Positions 1 to 10,208 of a stretch of DNA of 64,000 nucleotides are shown here, in pieces. Source of the DNA: Candidatus Dadabacteria bacterium (GTDB taxonomy: Bacteria > Desulfobacterota_D > UBA1144 > Nemesobacterales > Nemesobacteraceae). The stretch lies in NCBI GenBank assembly GCA_951812735.1, contig OX638332.1, forward strand, positions 1,362,508-1,426,507, read 5' to 3'. The position numbers were made by a program, and so were the translations under genes. Every line of letters begins with the position of its first letter. Position 1 is the stretch's first letter. The notes beneath the pieces were generated by a model. That model saw only the letters and a program-made list of their open reading frames with translations. It did no database searches and was not told where the DNA came from.

Positions 1-679
1 CCGGATTGATTGCGGCTTCTTTCGTTTTTCCGATGGATTTCTGGGTTGCGGGAGAAAACTCCCGGAGCGAATTCACTTGGTCTCCGAAAAACTCCACTCT
101 GAGAGGATTAAGAGAGCCCGGCGAGAAAAGGTCCACTATGGAACCTCGGACGCTTATGTCCCCTCTTTTTTCTGTGAAATCCACTTCGCTGTAACCGATT
201 CCAAGGAGTCTTTGCACGAGTTCGTCCCGTTCAACCTGTGTTCCCTTCTCCACGGTGAAGCTCTCAGCTTCTAGGGCTCGGGGCGGAGCCAGCACCTCGG
301 CAAGTGCCGCCGCGTCTGTGCATAGAACTCCCGTTTGTTTCCATCTGAAAAGAGAATGAAGCCTCTCGGGTTCGGTAATTTCTCTTTTCTCGAAAAGGGA
401 GCGGTTTTTCTCCATTCCTCTTGAGAGAAGAACCGGAATCTCTGTCCCCTTCAAAGAAGAAATGCTCCGCGCTGCCGTGGCGCACTCTTCTCTTTGCTCG
501 CAGACGTGCAGTACTTTTTTGTTGGGCGCCTCGGAGAGAAGCGCCAGGAGAAAATAGGACGAGTTCCCGTAAAGACCGGCAAGGTCCGTCGGTTTTCCAG
601 GCGGGTATGAGAAGAACTTCTCCACTAAGGGGTTTTCAAGGTGCGATGAAAGTTCAAACGTGGAGTTTTTACCGTTCAC
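1..679 (-). CDS. mfd: Transcription-repair coupling factor, 5' part (runs off the window edge)
   Basis: Not in the ORF track. Manual translation from GTG at 679 gives AGLYGNSSYFLLAL...GYSEVDFTEKRGDISVRGSIVDLFSPGSLNPLRVEFFGDQVNSLREFSPATQKS, the UvrB-homology N-terminus of Mfd. Confidence 0.85.
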   Translation of the reverse strand, partial: MNGKNSTFELSSHLENPLVEKFFSYPPGKPTDLAGLYGNSSYFLLALLSEAPNKKVLHVCEQREECATAARSISSLKGTEIPVLLSRGMEKNRSLFEKREITEPERLHSLFRWKQTGVLCTDAAALAEVLAPPRALEAESFTVEKGTQVERDELVQRLLGIGYSEVDFTEKRGDISVRGSIVDLFSPGSLNPLRVEFFGDQVNSLREFSPATQKSIGKTKEAAINP

Positions 680-703
680 TTCTTGGGACCTGAGTCATTT
701 TTT

Positions 704-1774
704 TCACAGTTCGCCGAGTATGAGAGATCCCATTTCCTCTGTGCCTACCCTTGCTTTCCCCTCTTCGTATATGTCGGATGTGCGGTAGCCCTTGTCTAGG
801 ACCTTTCTTACGGCTTCTTCGACCTGTGCGGCGGCCCCGTCCATGTCAAAAGAGTAGCGCAGCATCATGGCCATCGAGAGAATAGAGGCTATGGGATTCG
901 CTATCCCCTTACCGGCGATGTCGGGAGCGCTTCCGTGAACTGGTTCGTATATCGCTCCTTCGTTGCCGACGCTTGCCGAGGGCAGCATGCCTAGGGAACC
1001 GGTGAGCTGGGCGGCTTCGTCGCTTATTATGTCGCCGAACATGTTTCCTGCCAGCATCACGTCGAAATCGGCCGGCCTTCTTATAAGCTGCATAGCGGCG
1101 TTATCCACGTACAGGTGCTCAAGAGTGACGTCTGAGAACTGGCGTTCGTGAAGCTCGGTTACGGTGTCCCTCCAAAGCACCATCGATTCGAGAACATTCG
1201 ATTTGTCAATCGAGGTGACTTTGTTTTTTCTTTTTCTGGCGATCTCAAAAGCCATCTTCGCCACTCTTTCTATCTCGGAAGTGGTGTAATGCAGGGTGTT
1301 AAACGCCTTGCTCTCTCCCCCGCCGAGCTGCTCGTTTCCTCTTGGATGCCCGAAATATATTCCACTTGTAAGCTCCCTCACGACCATTATATCGACCCCC
1401 TCCACTACTTCCCTTTTAAGCGTGGACGCATCGGCAAGTGCCGCGTACACGATCGCGGGTCTGAGGTTCGCGAAGGTGTCAAGCTGCTTTCTGAGTTCGA
1501 GAAGCCCTCTTTCTGGTTTCAGGTGGTGCTCGATGTTCTCCCATTTCGGGCCGCCCACGGCTCCTAGGAGCACAGCGTCACTTTGCTTTGCTTTTTCTAT
1601 GGTTTCTTCGGTTACGGGAATCCCGTGCGCATCTATGGCGCATCCGCCGAGAAGATCGTTCTCAAGCGTGAACTCAACCCCGTTTCTCTCGCCGACGGTC
1701 CTGAGTATGGACACGCTGACTTCGGTTACCTCAACCCCTATTCCGTCTCCTGGGACTACCAGTATTTTAGGCAA
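704..1774 (-). CDS. leuB: 3-isopropylmalate dehydrogenase
   Basis: PGDGIG, LLGAVGGPKW, NMFGDIISDEAA and EPVHGSAPDIAGKGIANP motifs. Confidence 0.97.
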   Translation of the reverse strand: MPKILVVPGDGIGVEVTEVSVSILRTVGERNGVEFTLENDLLGGCAIDAHGIPVTEETIEKAKQSDAVLLGAVGGPKWENIEHHLKPERGLLELRKQLDTFANLRPAIVYAALADASTLKREVVEGVDIMVVRELTSGIYFGHPRGNEQLGGGESKAFNTLHYTTSEIERVAKMAFEIARKRKNKVTSIDKSNVLESMVLWRDTVTELHERQFSDVTLEHLYVDNAAMQLIRRPADFDVMLAGNMFGDIISDEAAQLTGSLGMLPSASVGNEGAIYEPVHGSAPDIAGKGIANPIASILSMAMMLRYSFDMDGAAAQVEEAVRKVLDKGYRTSDIYEEGKARVGTEEMGSLILGEL

Positions 1775-1884
1775 TTTCCATTTTCCTCTGCATTTTCTGG
1801 TTTTTTCAGGGCATTAACCTACCTGAATGGTTGTTAATTCCGAACCCCCGCAGCCGCTTCGCAGGTAAATGGGAATCAGGCTTG

Positions 1885-2646
1885 TTACCGGGCGACGCAG
1901 TTTACGAGTCTTCCGATCCCCTCGATCTCCACTTCTACCACGTCCCCTGGGCTCATGGGGCTTATCCCGGAAGGAGTTCCGGTCGCTATTATATCTCCGG
2001 GAAGAAGTGTCATCACCTTCGATATGAAGCTTACAAGCTCAGGGACGCTGAATATCAGATTTTTCGTGCTTGAATTCTGCTTTACTTCGCCGTTTAGAAA
2101 AGTCTTTATGCGAAGCTCAGCGGGGTCGACTTCCGTCTCTATGAAAGGTCCGATCGGAGCGAAAGTGTCAAAACCCTTGCCTCTTGTGAATTGTATGTCC
2201 TTTGCCTGGAGGTCTCTCGCGGTCACGTCGTTTATGCAGGTATATCCGAAGACGTATTCAAGGGACTGCTCCTTCTCCACCATATGGGCTCTTTTCCCTA
2301 TCACGACCCCGAGTTCTCCTTCGTAATCGACTCTGCCCGACATGTGCGCGGGATATTTTATGTCTTCTCCGTGCGCTATGACCGTAGTTGAGGGTTTCAT
2401 AAACAGCATGGGGTCTTCGGGGGGAATTCTGTTCATCTCTTTTGCGTGATCTTCGTAGTTGAGCCCGACTGCTATGATTTTTGTGGGAAGGCAGGGGGCA
2501 AGCGGCGCTATATTTGTGTAATCGTGTTTTGTGTCCGTCACCGAGTATTTTCCAAAGATGTCTCCTTTGATCTCAAAGACCGATCCGTCGATATATTCTC
2601 CGAACACCAGCTTTTCTTCTGTATTTTTGAACCTGAGGAATTTCAT
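1885..2646 (-). CDS. Fumarylacetoacetate hydrolase family protein
   Basis: GLNYEDHA, DYEGEL, NDVTARD, KGFDTFAPIGP and TGTPSG motifs. Confidence 0.93.
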   Translation of the reverse strand: MKFLRFKNTEEKLVFGEYIDGSVFEIKGDIFGKYSVTDTKHDYTNIAPLAPCLPTKIIAVGLNYEDHAKEMNRIPPEDPMLFMKPSTTVIAHGEDIKYPAHMSGRVDYEGELGVVIGKRAHMVEKEQSLEYVFGYTCINDVTARDLQAKDIQFTRGKGFDTFAPIGPFIETEVDPAELRIKTFLNGEVKQNSSTKNLIFSVPELVSFISKVMTLLPGDIIATGTPSGISPMSPGDVVEVEIEGIGRLVNCVAR

Positions 2647-2722
2647 TGTGCTTCCTTCAAATGCCTCTAATTATATACGGGAATTTCGTATAAGAGTATC
2701 GGTCTTTTGCGCGTTTTAGGAT

Positions 2723-3460
2723 TCAGTAGATCACTTTTTTAAGAAAGAGTCCCTGCGGGGGAGCAGTGAAGACATTTTTTGTCTTCTGTCCCTCGGCGAG
2801 TATCTGCCCGAACCCTTCGGGAGAGAGTTTCCCCCTTCCAGTTTGCACGAGGGTCCCGGTTATCATTCTTACCATTCTTTTTAAAAATCCCTCCGCCTCT
2901 ATTTTAACCAGGATTGTCCCTTCCCGGGTTTTCTTGACGTGAATCTGTTTTACTGTGCGTACGGTGGTCTTCACTGTTATGTCGGCCGTGGCGAAAACGG
3001 AGAAATCATGCGTTCCCTCAAGATATGCGGCGGCTTCCTTCATTTTCCCCGCATCGAGTTTCTCCGGGATGTGCCAGACCCTGTTTCTCTGCAGGGCGGG
3101 GCGATGCGGCCTGTTGAAAATCCTGTATTCGTATACCTTGCTTCGGGAGCTGAACTGTGCGTGAAAATCGTCGGGCACCTCTTGGGTTTCGATGATGGAT
3201 ATGTCCCGGGGAAGTGTGGAATTCAGCGCCTTTAGCAAGGTTTCGGGATCCATTTGCGTTTCGGTGAGAAAATTTGCCACCTGACCCATGGCGTGCACTC
3301 CTGCGTCTGTTCTGCCCGAACCCGTTATCTTCACTTTTTCTTTGGTAATCTGTTTTATGGCGTCTTCTATTGTTTCCTGTACTGTGGGGAGATTCGCCTG
3401 GCACTGCCAGCCGTGATAGTCCGTGCCGTCATACTCGATAACTATCTTTATGTTTTTCAT
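2723..3460 (-). CDS. truA: tRNA pseudouridine(38-40) synthase
   Basis: YDGTDYHGWQ, GSGRTDAGVHA, FLKRMVR. Confidence 0.96.
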   Translation of the reverse strand: MKNIKIVIEYDGTDYHGWQCQANLPTVQETIEDAIKQITKEKVKITGSGRTDAGVHAMGQVANFLTETQMDPETLLKALNSTLPRDISIIETQEVPDDFHAQFSSRSKVYEYRIFNRPHRPALQRNRVWHIPEKLDAGKMKEAAAYLEGTHDFSVFATADITVKTTVRTVKQIHVKKTREGTILVKIEAEGFLKRMVRMITGTLVQTGRGKLSPEGFGQILAEGQKTKNVFTAPPQGLFLKKVIY

Positions 3461-3482
3461 TTCCGTCTGCGGTCGCCTCTGA

Positions 3483-4418
3483 TCAGGCGAGCGGCTCCTG
3501 TTTTTTAAGCTCTATTCTCGGGTCTAGAATAGCGTAGAGAAGATCAACAATGAGATTAGCTATTACGAGCAGAAGCGCGTAGACGATTGTTATTCCGAGC
3601 ACGACGGAGTAATCCCTGTTTGCCACGGCGAAAACGAAAAACCTTCCCATTCCTGGTATCGCGAATATGTGCTCAATGACGAACGATCCTGTCACCAGAT
3701 AGGCGGTCAGGGGACCGAGCACCGTTACGACCGGTATAAGTGCGTTTCTCAGTATGTGCTTTGTGAATATCTTCGTTCTTCCGAGCCCCTTCGCCCTAGC
3801 GGTTCTTACGAAAAACTGGCCCGACACGTCAAGCATGTTCGAGCGGACGAGTCTTGATATATAGGCGAACGGAGCCAGGCTCAGCGTTACTGCGGGAAGG
3901 ACTATGTGCTTGGGCTCTCCCCAGAGAGCTGCCGGCAGAATTCCCCATCTAACGGAGAAAAAGTATATGAGTGCCGCTCCGACGACAAAGCTTGGGATCG
4001 ACACGAGGGAAGTTGAGATCAGCACCGAGGCAATGTCATGGATGCTTCTTGGAAACAGCGAGGAAATCATTCCCACCACGGTTCCCATGAAAAACGCCAG
4101 CAGCAGGGACACCAGCCCGAGTCCCATTGAGACCGGCAGGGTTTCCTTTATTATGTCGGCAACCGGTCTGTCGTCGTATTTGTAGGAAGGTCCGAAGTCC
4201 CCGCGGGCAAGGTTTCCCACGTAGATGAGGTACTGTTGGTGCAGCGGCTTGTCCATGTGATATTTTTTCTCGATATTCTCGAGTATGTGCGGGGGAATGC
4301 TCTTTTCAGTGTCAAAAGGACCTCCGGGAAGCACCCTGAGAAGAAAGAAGGTTATGCTCGCCACCACGAGGATCACAACCGCTCCGGTCAGTATTCGAAA
4401 GCAGAGAAATTTAAGCAT
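3483..4418 (-). CDS. oppB: Oligopeptide ABC transporter permease (OppB-like)
   Basis: PGGPF, GDFGPS and EAA-loop TARAKGL...KHILRNALIP. Confidence 0.85.
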   Translation of the reverse strand: MLKFLCFRILTGAVVILVVASITFFLLRVLPGGPFDTEKSIPPHILENIEKKYHMDKPLHQQYLIYVGNLARGDFGPSYKYDDRPVADIIKETLPVSMGLGLVSLLLAFFMGTVVGMISSLFPRSIHDIASVLISTSLVSIPSFVVGAALIYFFSVRWGILPAALWGEPKHIVLPAVTLSLAPFAYISRLVRSNMLDVSGQFFVRTARAKGLGRTKIFTKHILRNALIPVVTVLGPLTAYLVTGSFVIEHIFAIPGMGRFFVFAVANRDYSVVLGITIVYALLLVIANLIVDLLYAILDPRIELKKQEPLA

Positions 4419-4478
4419 TGCTTTGTTCCCGGGACTTCATACGCTTTTCTCAGTACGAACGCGATACATATTCGAAGT

Positions 4479-7367
4479 TCAGGAAATATCTTTTCTTATG
4501 GCCAGGGTTCTTTTGGACGTCATTCCTTTTTCGTCCTTGGCTACTATGGTGAAAAGATTCACTCCTTCCTCAAGAGTTAGGGGAAAAAGCAGGGGAACGT
4601 TGTTTTTCCCAGGTGTAAAAAGCTTTATCTTGTCATTTTTTTTCCACACCGAGATGCTCTCTACCCGGTTGGTATCCATGACCGATCCCTCCACCGTTAT
4701 CTTGGAAGCTTCTGTGGAAATAGGGAAATCCGAAATCAGGATGAGAGGAGGTCTTTCAAAAATCTCCTCAAGAAGTGAAACCCCCTGTGCGGTGTTCTTG
4801 ATTTCGTCAATGGTTTTCTCCTCCACCCACCCCGCAACCGAGTTCTCTCCCTCAACCCGCATCCATCGCCCTGAGGTGCCGAGAACTTTTACCATGGAAT
4901 TTTTCTGTGCCAGAGCCACTGTTGGGGCTCCCGGAAAAGTTCCCCCCAGTATAGGACTTTTGTTTTTGAACACGGCAGTCTTGTTTGCCGAAGCGAGAGA
5001 AAAAGGTCTTTCCTGAGCGAAAACAGGCAGGGTTATTTTCTGTGTTTTTATTTCCCTGATGTCCTCATCCATTACAAGAAGCTCAAATTCCGTTTCACCG
5101 CCTTCGTCGCTTTGTCTGAAACGAAACGGTGCGAGCCTGGTTTCCCCTGGACGGAAGTTCTCAAGCTCGACCCTTCCTTTTTCAAGAAACACGTTATCGC
5201 CCGAGAGGTTCTTGAGAGTGGCGACCGTCTTTTCCGATATTCCGTCTCCGACATTTTTCAGTTTTACGTTGATTACTACCGTTTCTTCAAGTTCCGCGCG
5301 CCCGTTTCCGTTGCCTGTGCTCTCAAACCTTCCGTCGTCCACTACTTCGTGGTTATGGGAGTAGACGGGACGTTTGTCCGCCACGGTTTTTACGAGAAGA
5401 TCTTTCTCCGTAAGGGTTTTGTTCCCCGAACTTGTGAAGACAAGCTTAAGACTGTCCTCTCTGGTGTTAGCCCACTTGGGTATGGAAAACTTGACTTTCG
5501 AGGTCTTGCTTTGCCCGGGGAGCAGTTTTCCGAACAGAAGTTCTCCATCTCTGTAAATTCGATTCTCACAGTCTGTGACGGCACTTAGCCTGTGTATCGG
5601 GTCGGAGCTGGAATTTGTCACCTTTATCTCGAGAAAACTTTCTTCTCCGGCCCTGAAAACTGTTTTTGAAGGAAGGGTCTCGACCGACAAGGAGAGTTTT
5701 TTCGTTTCACCGGCCGACCAGTCCACTCCCGTATCTTCGATCCGGGCTCTGATTTCTTCGAGCTGGGCGACGGAGAAATCGGCGGCTATGGAATACACTT
5801 GTTTCCGGGTCTCTGCCAGAAGCAGTCTGCTTGAGAGTTTCACGTAAAAATCATTTTCCAGCTTTTCAAGTTTCTGCGCTTTTGTAAGCGATTCGTCCGG
5901 CTGGATTTCATCTTCATCTTCTTCCTGCGGTACCAGACTGTCATCTATATACTTGATTGTGAGTTCGGGGATTGGTAGCTCTGCTTCCTCCGCGTCCTCT
6001 CTTTTCTCGGGCAGAGGATTATAGACTACTTTCTCTGCGGTTATTACGGATCCCTGAAGAAGAATGTCGGGGGTTATCCCGCTGTCCTGTATGGAGATAT
6101 CGCCTGGAGTCAGATATTTTGCTATGGTGAGTTTCAACGCGGCACCGTCTTCAAACTCAAAGACTTTCTGGACCGAGCCCTTGCCGAAGGATCTTTTTCC
6201 TACCACAAGCGCTCTTTTGTTGTTTTTCAGTGCTCCTGCTACTATTTCCGACGCGCTTGCGCTTCCCTGGTTCACAAGCACGATTACCTCCCCCTTGTAT
6301 TCAGGCTGTCTTGCCGTTGCCCTGTAGATTTTGGAATAGTCTCTTGCTTTCGTCGTCATTATGGTTCCGGAGGAAAGGAAGAGATCGGCTACTTTTTCTG
6401 CTTCCGAGAGAAGACCTCCGGGGTTTGCTCTAAGATCGAGGATTATTCCTTTGATTGCGTAAGGACGGCTTTTTATCTCTTTTTTTAGGTCCGAGGAAGT
6501 GTTCTTTTGGAAGTTTCTTATTCTCAGGTAAAGAATGTCGTTTTCGAGGTCGAACCCTTCAACGCTTTCTATCTTTATTGTGTCTCTCACTATCGAAAAT
6601 TTCCGTGGTTTAGAGAAGTTTTTTCTGGAGATAAGGAGATTTATCTTGGTCCCCTTCTTGCCCCTGAGTTTCCCTACAGCTTCGAGAAGTGGCATGTTTA
6701 TGGTTGATTCGTTTTCTATCTGTACGATCCGGTCTTTGGTCTTTATTCCTGATCTGTAGGCTGGGGTACCCTCTATCGGGGATATGACGGTCAACTGACC
6801 GTCTCTTATGCCGACCACTATGCCGAGCCCTCCGAAACTTCCTTCGGTGTCTATTAGAAACTCCTTGTAGATGTCCGGCGGAATCATCGCGGAGTGCGGG
6901 TCGAGGGCCTTCAGCATGCTGTCCGATATGGAATATTCTATGTTTTTGACGGCGCGCGCTTCGGCCCCCGTGTTAGAAAGGACGAAAGACACAACTTGGC
7001 CCAAGGCGCTTGCGACGTCGTTTGAGGACGGCAATTCTTTTTCCTTGAATTTTTTTGTTTTCTCTTTTACCTGAACGGCGAAGGTCCCGCTCCGGTCTTG
7101 CGGAAATTCTACTAGGACGTCGTCAAGGAAGGTTTCAAGGCTTGAGACCGCTTTTTCAAGCATCTCCGAGTAGTCGATCTTGCTTTTGTCCAGATAAAAC
7201 TTGTTTACGTGCTTAAGTGCATCTTCGGCGATTTTTATGCTCTGATTGTTGTATTTTCGGTCAAGACTGACTGGCTCAGCGACGAGAAAGAAGGATAGGG
7301 CGATAATGATCCCCAAGGCAAGGGCCAAGTACCCGTTTCTGAGAAAACTCGGAATTCTTTCAGACAA
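4479..7367 (-). CDS. S41 family C-terminal processing serine peptidase with PDZ domain and long C-terminal extension
   Basis: LDPHS, GGLGI, DLRANPGGLL, SASASEIVAGAL, SFGKGSVQ; N-terminal membrane anchor. Confidence 0.9.
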   Translation of the reverse strand: MSERIPSFLRNGYLALALGIIIALSFFLVAEPVSLDRKYNNQSIKIAEDALKHVNKFYLDKSKIDYSEMLEKAVSSLETFLDDVLVEFPQDRSGTFAVQVKEKTKKFKEKELPSSNDVASALGQVVSFVLSNTGAEARAVKNIEYSISDSMLKALDPHSAMIPPDIYKEFLIDTEGSFGGLGIVVGIRDGQLTVISPIEGTPAYRSGIKTKDRIVQIENESTINMPLLEAVGKLRGKKGTKINLLISRKNFSKPRKFSIVRDTIKIESVEGFDLENDILYLRIRNFQKNTSSDLKKEIKSRPYAIKGIILDLRANPGGLLSEAEKVADLFLSSGTIMTTKARDYSKIYRATARQPEYKGEVIVLVNQGSASASEIVAGALKNNKRALVVGKRSFGKGSVQKVFEFEDGAALKLTIAKYLTPGDISIQDSGITPDILLQGSVITAEKVVYNPLPEKREDAEEAELPIPELTIKYIDDSLVPQEEDEDEIQPDESLTKAQKLEKLENDFYVKLSSRLLLAETRKQVYSIAADFSVAQLEEIRARIEDTGVDWSAGETKKLSLSVETLPSKTVFRAGEESFLEIKVTNSSSDPIHRLSAVTDCENRIYRDGELLFGKLLPGQSKTSKVKFSIPKWANTREDSLKLVFTSSGNKTLTEKDLLVKTVADKRPVYSHNHEVVDDGRFESTGNGNGRAELEETVVINVKLKNVGDGISEKTVATLKNLSGDNVFLEKGRVELENFRPGETRLAPFRFRQSDEGGETEFELLVMDEDIREIKTQKITLPVFAQERPFSLASANKTAVFKNKSPILGGTFPGAPTVALAQKNSMVKVLGTSGRWMRVEGENSVAGWVEEKTIDEIKNTAQGVSLLEEIFERPPLILISDFPISTEASKITVEGSVMDTNRVESISVWKKNDKIKLFTPGKNNVPLLFPLTLEEGVNLFTIVAKDEKGMTSKRTLAIRKDIS

Positions 7368-7457
7368 TTAAGATCACCGTCCCGGAAACTCTATTATCAA
7401 TTATATGGCGGATTATATCAAACTGCTTTGTTGGGTAGAGGGGCGGCAAAAAGGGAA

Positions 7458-7511
7458 GAAAAACAAAAAACAACGGGCAGAGAGAATTCATTATGATTCC
7501 CGCTGCCCGTT
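7458..7511 (-). terminator. Probable intrinsic terminator after the AmiS/UreI gene
   Basis: AACGGGCAG...CTGCCCGTT stem, with an A-rich run on the + strand that is a U-tail on the - strand. Confidence 0.7.
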
Positions 7512-7538
7512 ATTATTTCAGCTAAAAAATATTAAATC

Positions 7539-8072
7539 TTAGCCTGGTACTCCACCGAGAGGATTCCACTTCTCAGTAAGCAGAAGCATTCCCGGGATCA
7601 ACAGAGTCACTATCGACTCTATTATAAACAGATAGGCTATCGGTTTGCCAAGATCCTTGCCCTGCGAGAACGCAAAGAAGCAAAGAAGTACAAGCAAAGC
7701 CCATGCCCAGCAGAAGTACGCAAAATACGCAAGCCCAAGTGCTTGGAAATGAGCCCCGTACCATACAAACACTACCGTCGCGAATAGACAGTAAACACCT
7801 AGTCCCTTCGCGTCATGTCCGTGTACGAATACCGCGTAAACTATCAGATATATCAATGCAAATACCGACACAAGCGCGGTAGCTGCCGTAAGACCCAGAG
7901 TGTGCAGCTTCCAGGCGGCAATCGCTATAAGAATGCCGACACCAAGATTTAACACACCCACTTCCTTCGCTCCAGTTTTACCCAAAAGGGTCATTCCGTT
8001 TGCAAAGAACACGAATCCTACTAGCAGTAATACGTAACCTAATAAAGCTTCTATTGGAACCATACTAACCAT
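7539..8072 (-). CDS. AmiS/UreI family amide/urea channel
   Basis: LLLVGFVFFANG..LLGK...KEVGVLN, D.KGLGVYCLF and TLLIPG patterns; about six hydrophobic helices; AGGAGG RBS. Confidence 0.8.
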   Translation of the reverse strand: MVSMVPIEALLGYVLLLVGFVFFANGMTLLGKTGAKEVGVLNLGVGILIAIAAWKLHTLGLTAATALVSVFALIYLIVYAVFVHGHDAKGLGVYCLFATVVFVWYGAHFQALGLAYFAYFCWAWALLVLLCFFAFSQGKDLGKPIAYLFIIESIVTLLIPGMLLLTEKWNPLGGVPG

Positions 8073-8544
8073 ACCTCCTGTATGAGATCATAACCGTCCC
8101 TAGCCCGCAAATCAGGGCTCATTACAATTTCTATCATAGACCAAGCCTCAATGTCAAGCATAATTTTCGTCAAGTGAGATCTCAGCATGTTGAGTTAACT
8201 TATGAAGTAAGTAACTTCTTATTTTCTTAAGTTGACACAATTTCGGGCTGTTTTTTATTGCCAGCACCCCTTTATCTTTGCTGAGCTGTCTTTGTATCTT
8301 AAAATCTAGTCGGCTATATTATATCCCCATGACTCGATTAGCCCCTAGGGACGGGGTTTTCCGTGGAAACCGAATAATCTTAGTCTGGCTCGGCAAGATC
8401 GGTCAAAGGGGATTATCGACGAGGTTTTAAGGAGCGGATTCTTTTTACTGAGTTTCGCTAAAATAAGAATCATGAAGTTCTTAACTTACGGTTTTTCTAT
8501 GGTATAATTACCCCTAAATATTGCTTTTACAGAGGAGAAGCGCT

Positions 8545-8925
8545 ATGGCGGATGAGAAAACGAGCAGTGGGGTGGACCCTAACATCTGGATAAGGCCGCC
8601 TGAGGAAAGAGATGGCAAGGACAGCATCAGGAGTACGACGCTGGGTTCAGAGCCCGAGACGCTGCCGAAATACAAGACATTTGACGTAGTTACGTTAAGG
8701 ATAAGCCATGAGGATTTCGAATTTCTCCACAATCTTGAAAGGGAGATAATGAAAAATCGCTCCAGGGATAACAAAAAAGAAAGAATAACGAAAAACAGCA
8801 TTATGCGGGCGATGCTCGGCTGTCTTAAGAACGTAAAATTCGACAGAAAAGATATCCCGGACGAAAATGAGCTTCGAATCAGGATCATGAGAGGTATAAA
8901 AGACCTCCCTCCTTGGCTGTTTTAG
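8545..8925 (+). CDS. Small hypothetical protein, possibly ribbon-helix-helix-like DNA-binding
   Basis: GAGGAG RBS; PKYKTFDVVTLRI...KERITKNSIMRAML resembles small ParA-partner proteins (from recall). Confidence 0.55.
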   Translation: MADEKTSSGVDPNIWIRPPEERDGKDSIRSTTLGSEPETLPKYKTFDVVTLRISHEDFEFLHNLEREIMKNRSRDNKKERITKNSIMRAMLGCLKNVKFDRKDIPDENELRIRIMRGIKDLPPWLF

Positions 8926-9031
8926 CAGTTTTCCCGCCTGATCTCAGTCGAGAATATTTTGTAAAATCCATGAATTTATAGGTTGTTACCACTGGAAACT
9001 GAAACTCTGGTTTAGGTGTCAAAAAAAGTAC

Positions 9032-9061
9032 TTGACAAAGGGGTATAGGGTTTGATTTAAT
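9032..9061 (+). promoter_or_regulatory. sigma70-type promoter for the ADC-like gene pair
   Basis: TTGACA-N18-TTTAAT with TGn extended -10 and an A-tract upstream. Confidence 0.65.
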
Positions 9062-9196
9062 ACAAATTGGGTGAGGTTGCGCCTTGTCGCATCCAACAAG
9101 GCTACCAACACTTTATCAACAGGGGCATTGGGGAGTGTGTGAGGTATGGGAGTGTTTGGTGAGTTTTGGCCCTAAACTAATTAAGGAGGCTTAAAT

Positions 9197-10177
9197 ATGA
9201 GCCATAGTCATTTAAACGTCCCAACGAAGTACTGGGAGTTGACGAAAGAGGTCCCGCCCCCTCCGATAGAGCGGGATATCAAGTCGTGGATCATAGCGAA
9301 TCCGTCGGATCCGCTTTGGGACATAGACGTGCTGCCGCTGACTTACACGGACAGCAGGTGGTCGGCATTCATTATAAGATGCGACGAGGCGACTCGGAGC
9401 CGTCTGTGCCCGAATCCCCCGCTGCAGGTATGGGATGGTGAGAATGCAGACTTAGTAGAGTTTTGGTATGTGGATCACAAGCACACGATGTTAGGTCCAT
9501 ATCTTGAGTTTGGCGTAACGGTATCGGCGACTTACAGCGATCCTGATGGGAACGTATGGAAGGCGGGATACTATCCGTATATGTATCTTACGGGAGATGC
9601 GCCGGTGGATGCTGGTCGTGTACTTGGATTTCCAAAGAAGATGTCGTACATCAGATGTACGGTACATGGTGGAGAGAAAGGCACTGACTTCTTTGGATTT
9701 GCAATGAGTCGTAACGGGTACCTGCTGCACAGTGCGACAGGACAGTTTGACGACAAGCAGGTAACACCTCCGTATTTCTATGGTAAGACGGACTGGGGTA
9801 AGTTCAACATGAAGGTTATAACGCGACCGGACGTATCGAGTTCGGAGTGGCAGCTGACGTATCTGCCATCAGCGCTGCCGCCTCCGTTTGACACCATGAT
9901 CCAGGGACACAGGTTCAAGATAAAGCCTGAGCACACGAGGACTGCAAGCGGAGACGCTATAAACTGGTTTATGCAGGCCACGCCGTTTGACAACATGGGA
10001 GCAGAGGTAAAGATCCAGGAAGTAACTGGATTGATATCGTTTGTGTTTGATCTCGTAATACCTCCGGCAGTAGTACTGTGGACGGAGACATACGAGAGGC
10101 CAGCGAGTTATCGTGGATATGCCACACCATACAAGTATGGATTGAGGCAGCAGTTCCCGATCAGTCAGGGTTCATAA
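9197..10177 (+). CDS. Acetoacetate decarboxylase-like family protein, paralogue 1
   Basis: GPYLEFG and YPYMYL..DAPVDAGRVLGFPKK (Schiff-base Lys motif); TAAGGAGG RBS. Confidence 0.8.
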   Translation: MSHSHLNVPTKYWELTKEVPPPPIERDIKSWIIANPSDPLWDIDVLPLTYTDSRWSAFIIRCDEATRSRLCPNPPLQVWDGENADLVEFWYVDHKHTMLGPYLEFGVTVSATYSDPDGNVWKAGYYPYMYLTGDAPVDAGRVLGFPKKMSYIRCTVHGGEKGTDFFGFAMSRNGYLLHSATGQFDDKQVTPPYFYGKTDWGKFNMKVITRPDVSSSEWQLTYLPSALPPPFDTMIQGHRFKIKPEHTRTASGDAINWFMQATPFDNMGAEVKIQEVTGLISFVFDLVIPPAVVLWTETYERPASYRGYATPYKYGLRQQFPISQGS

Positions 10178-10208
10178 AATAGATATAAGTTAAGGAGGTA
10201 ATACCATA

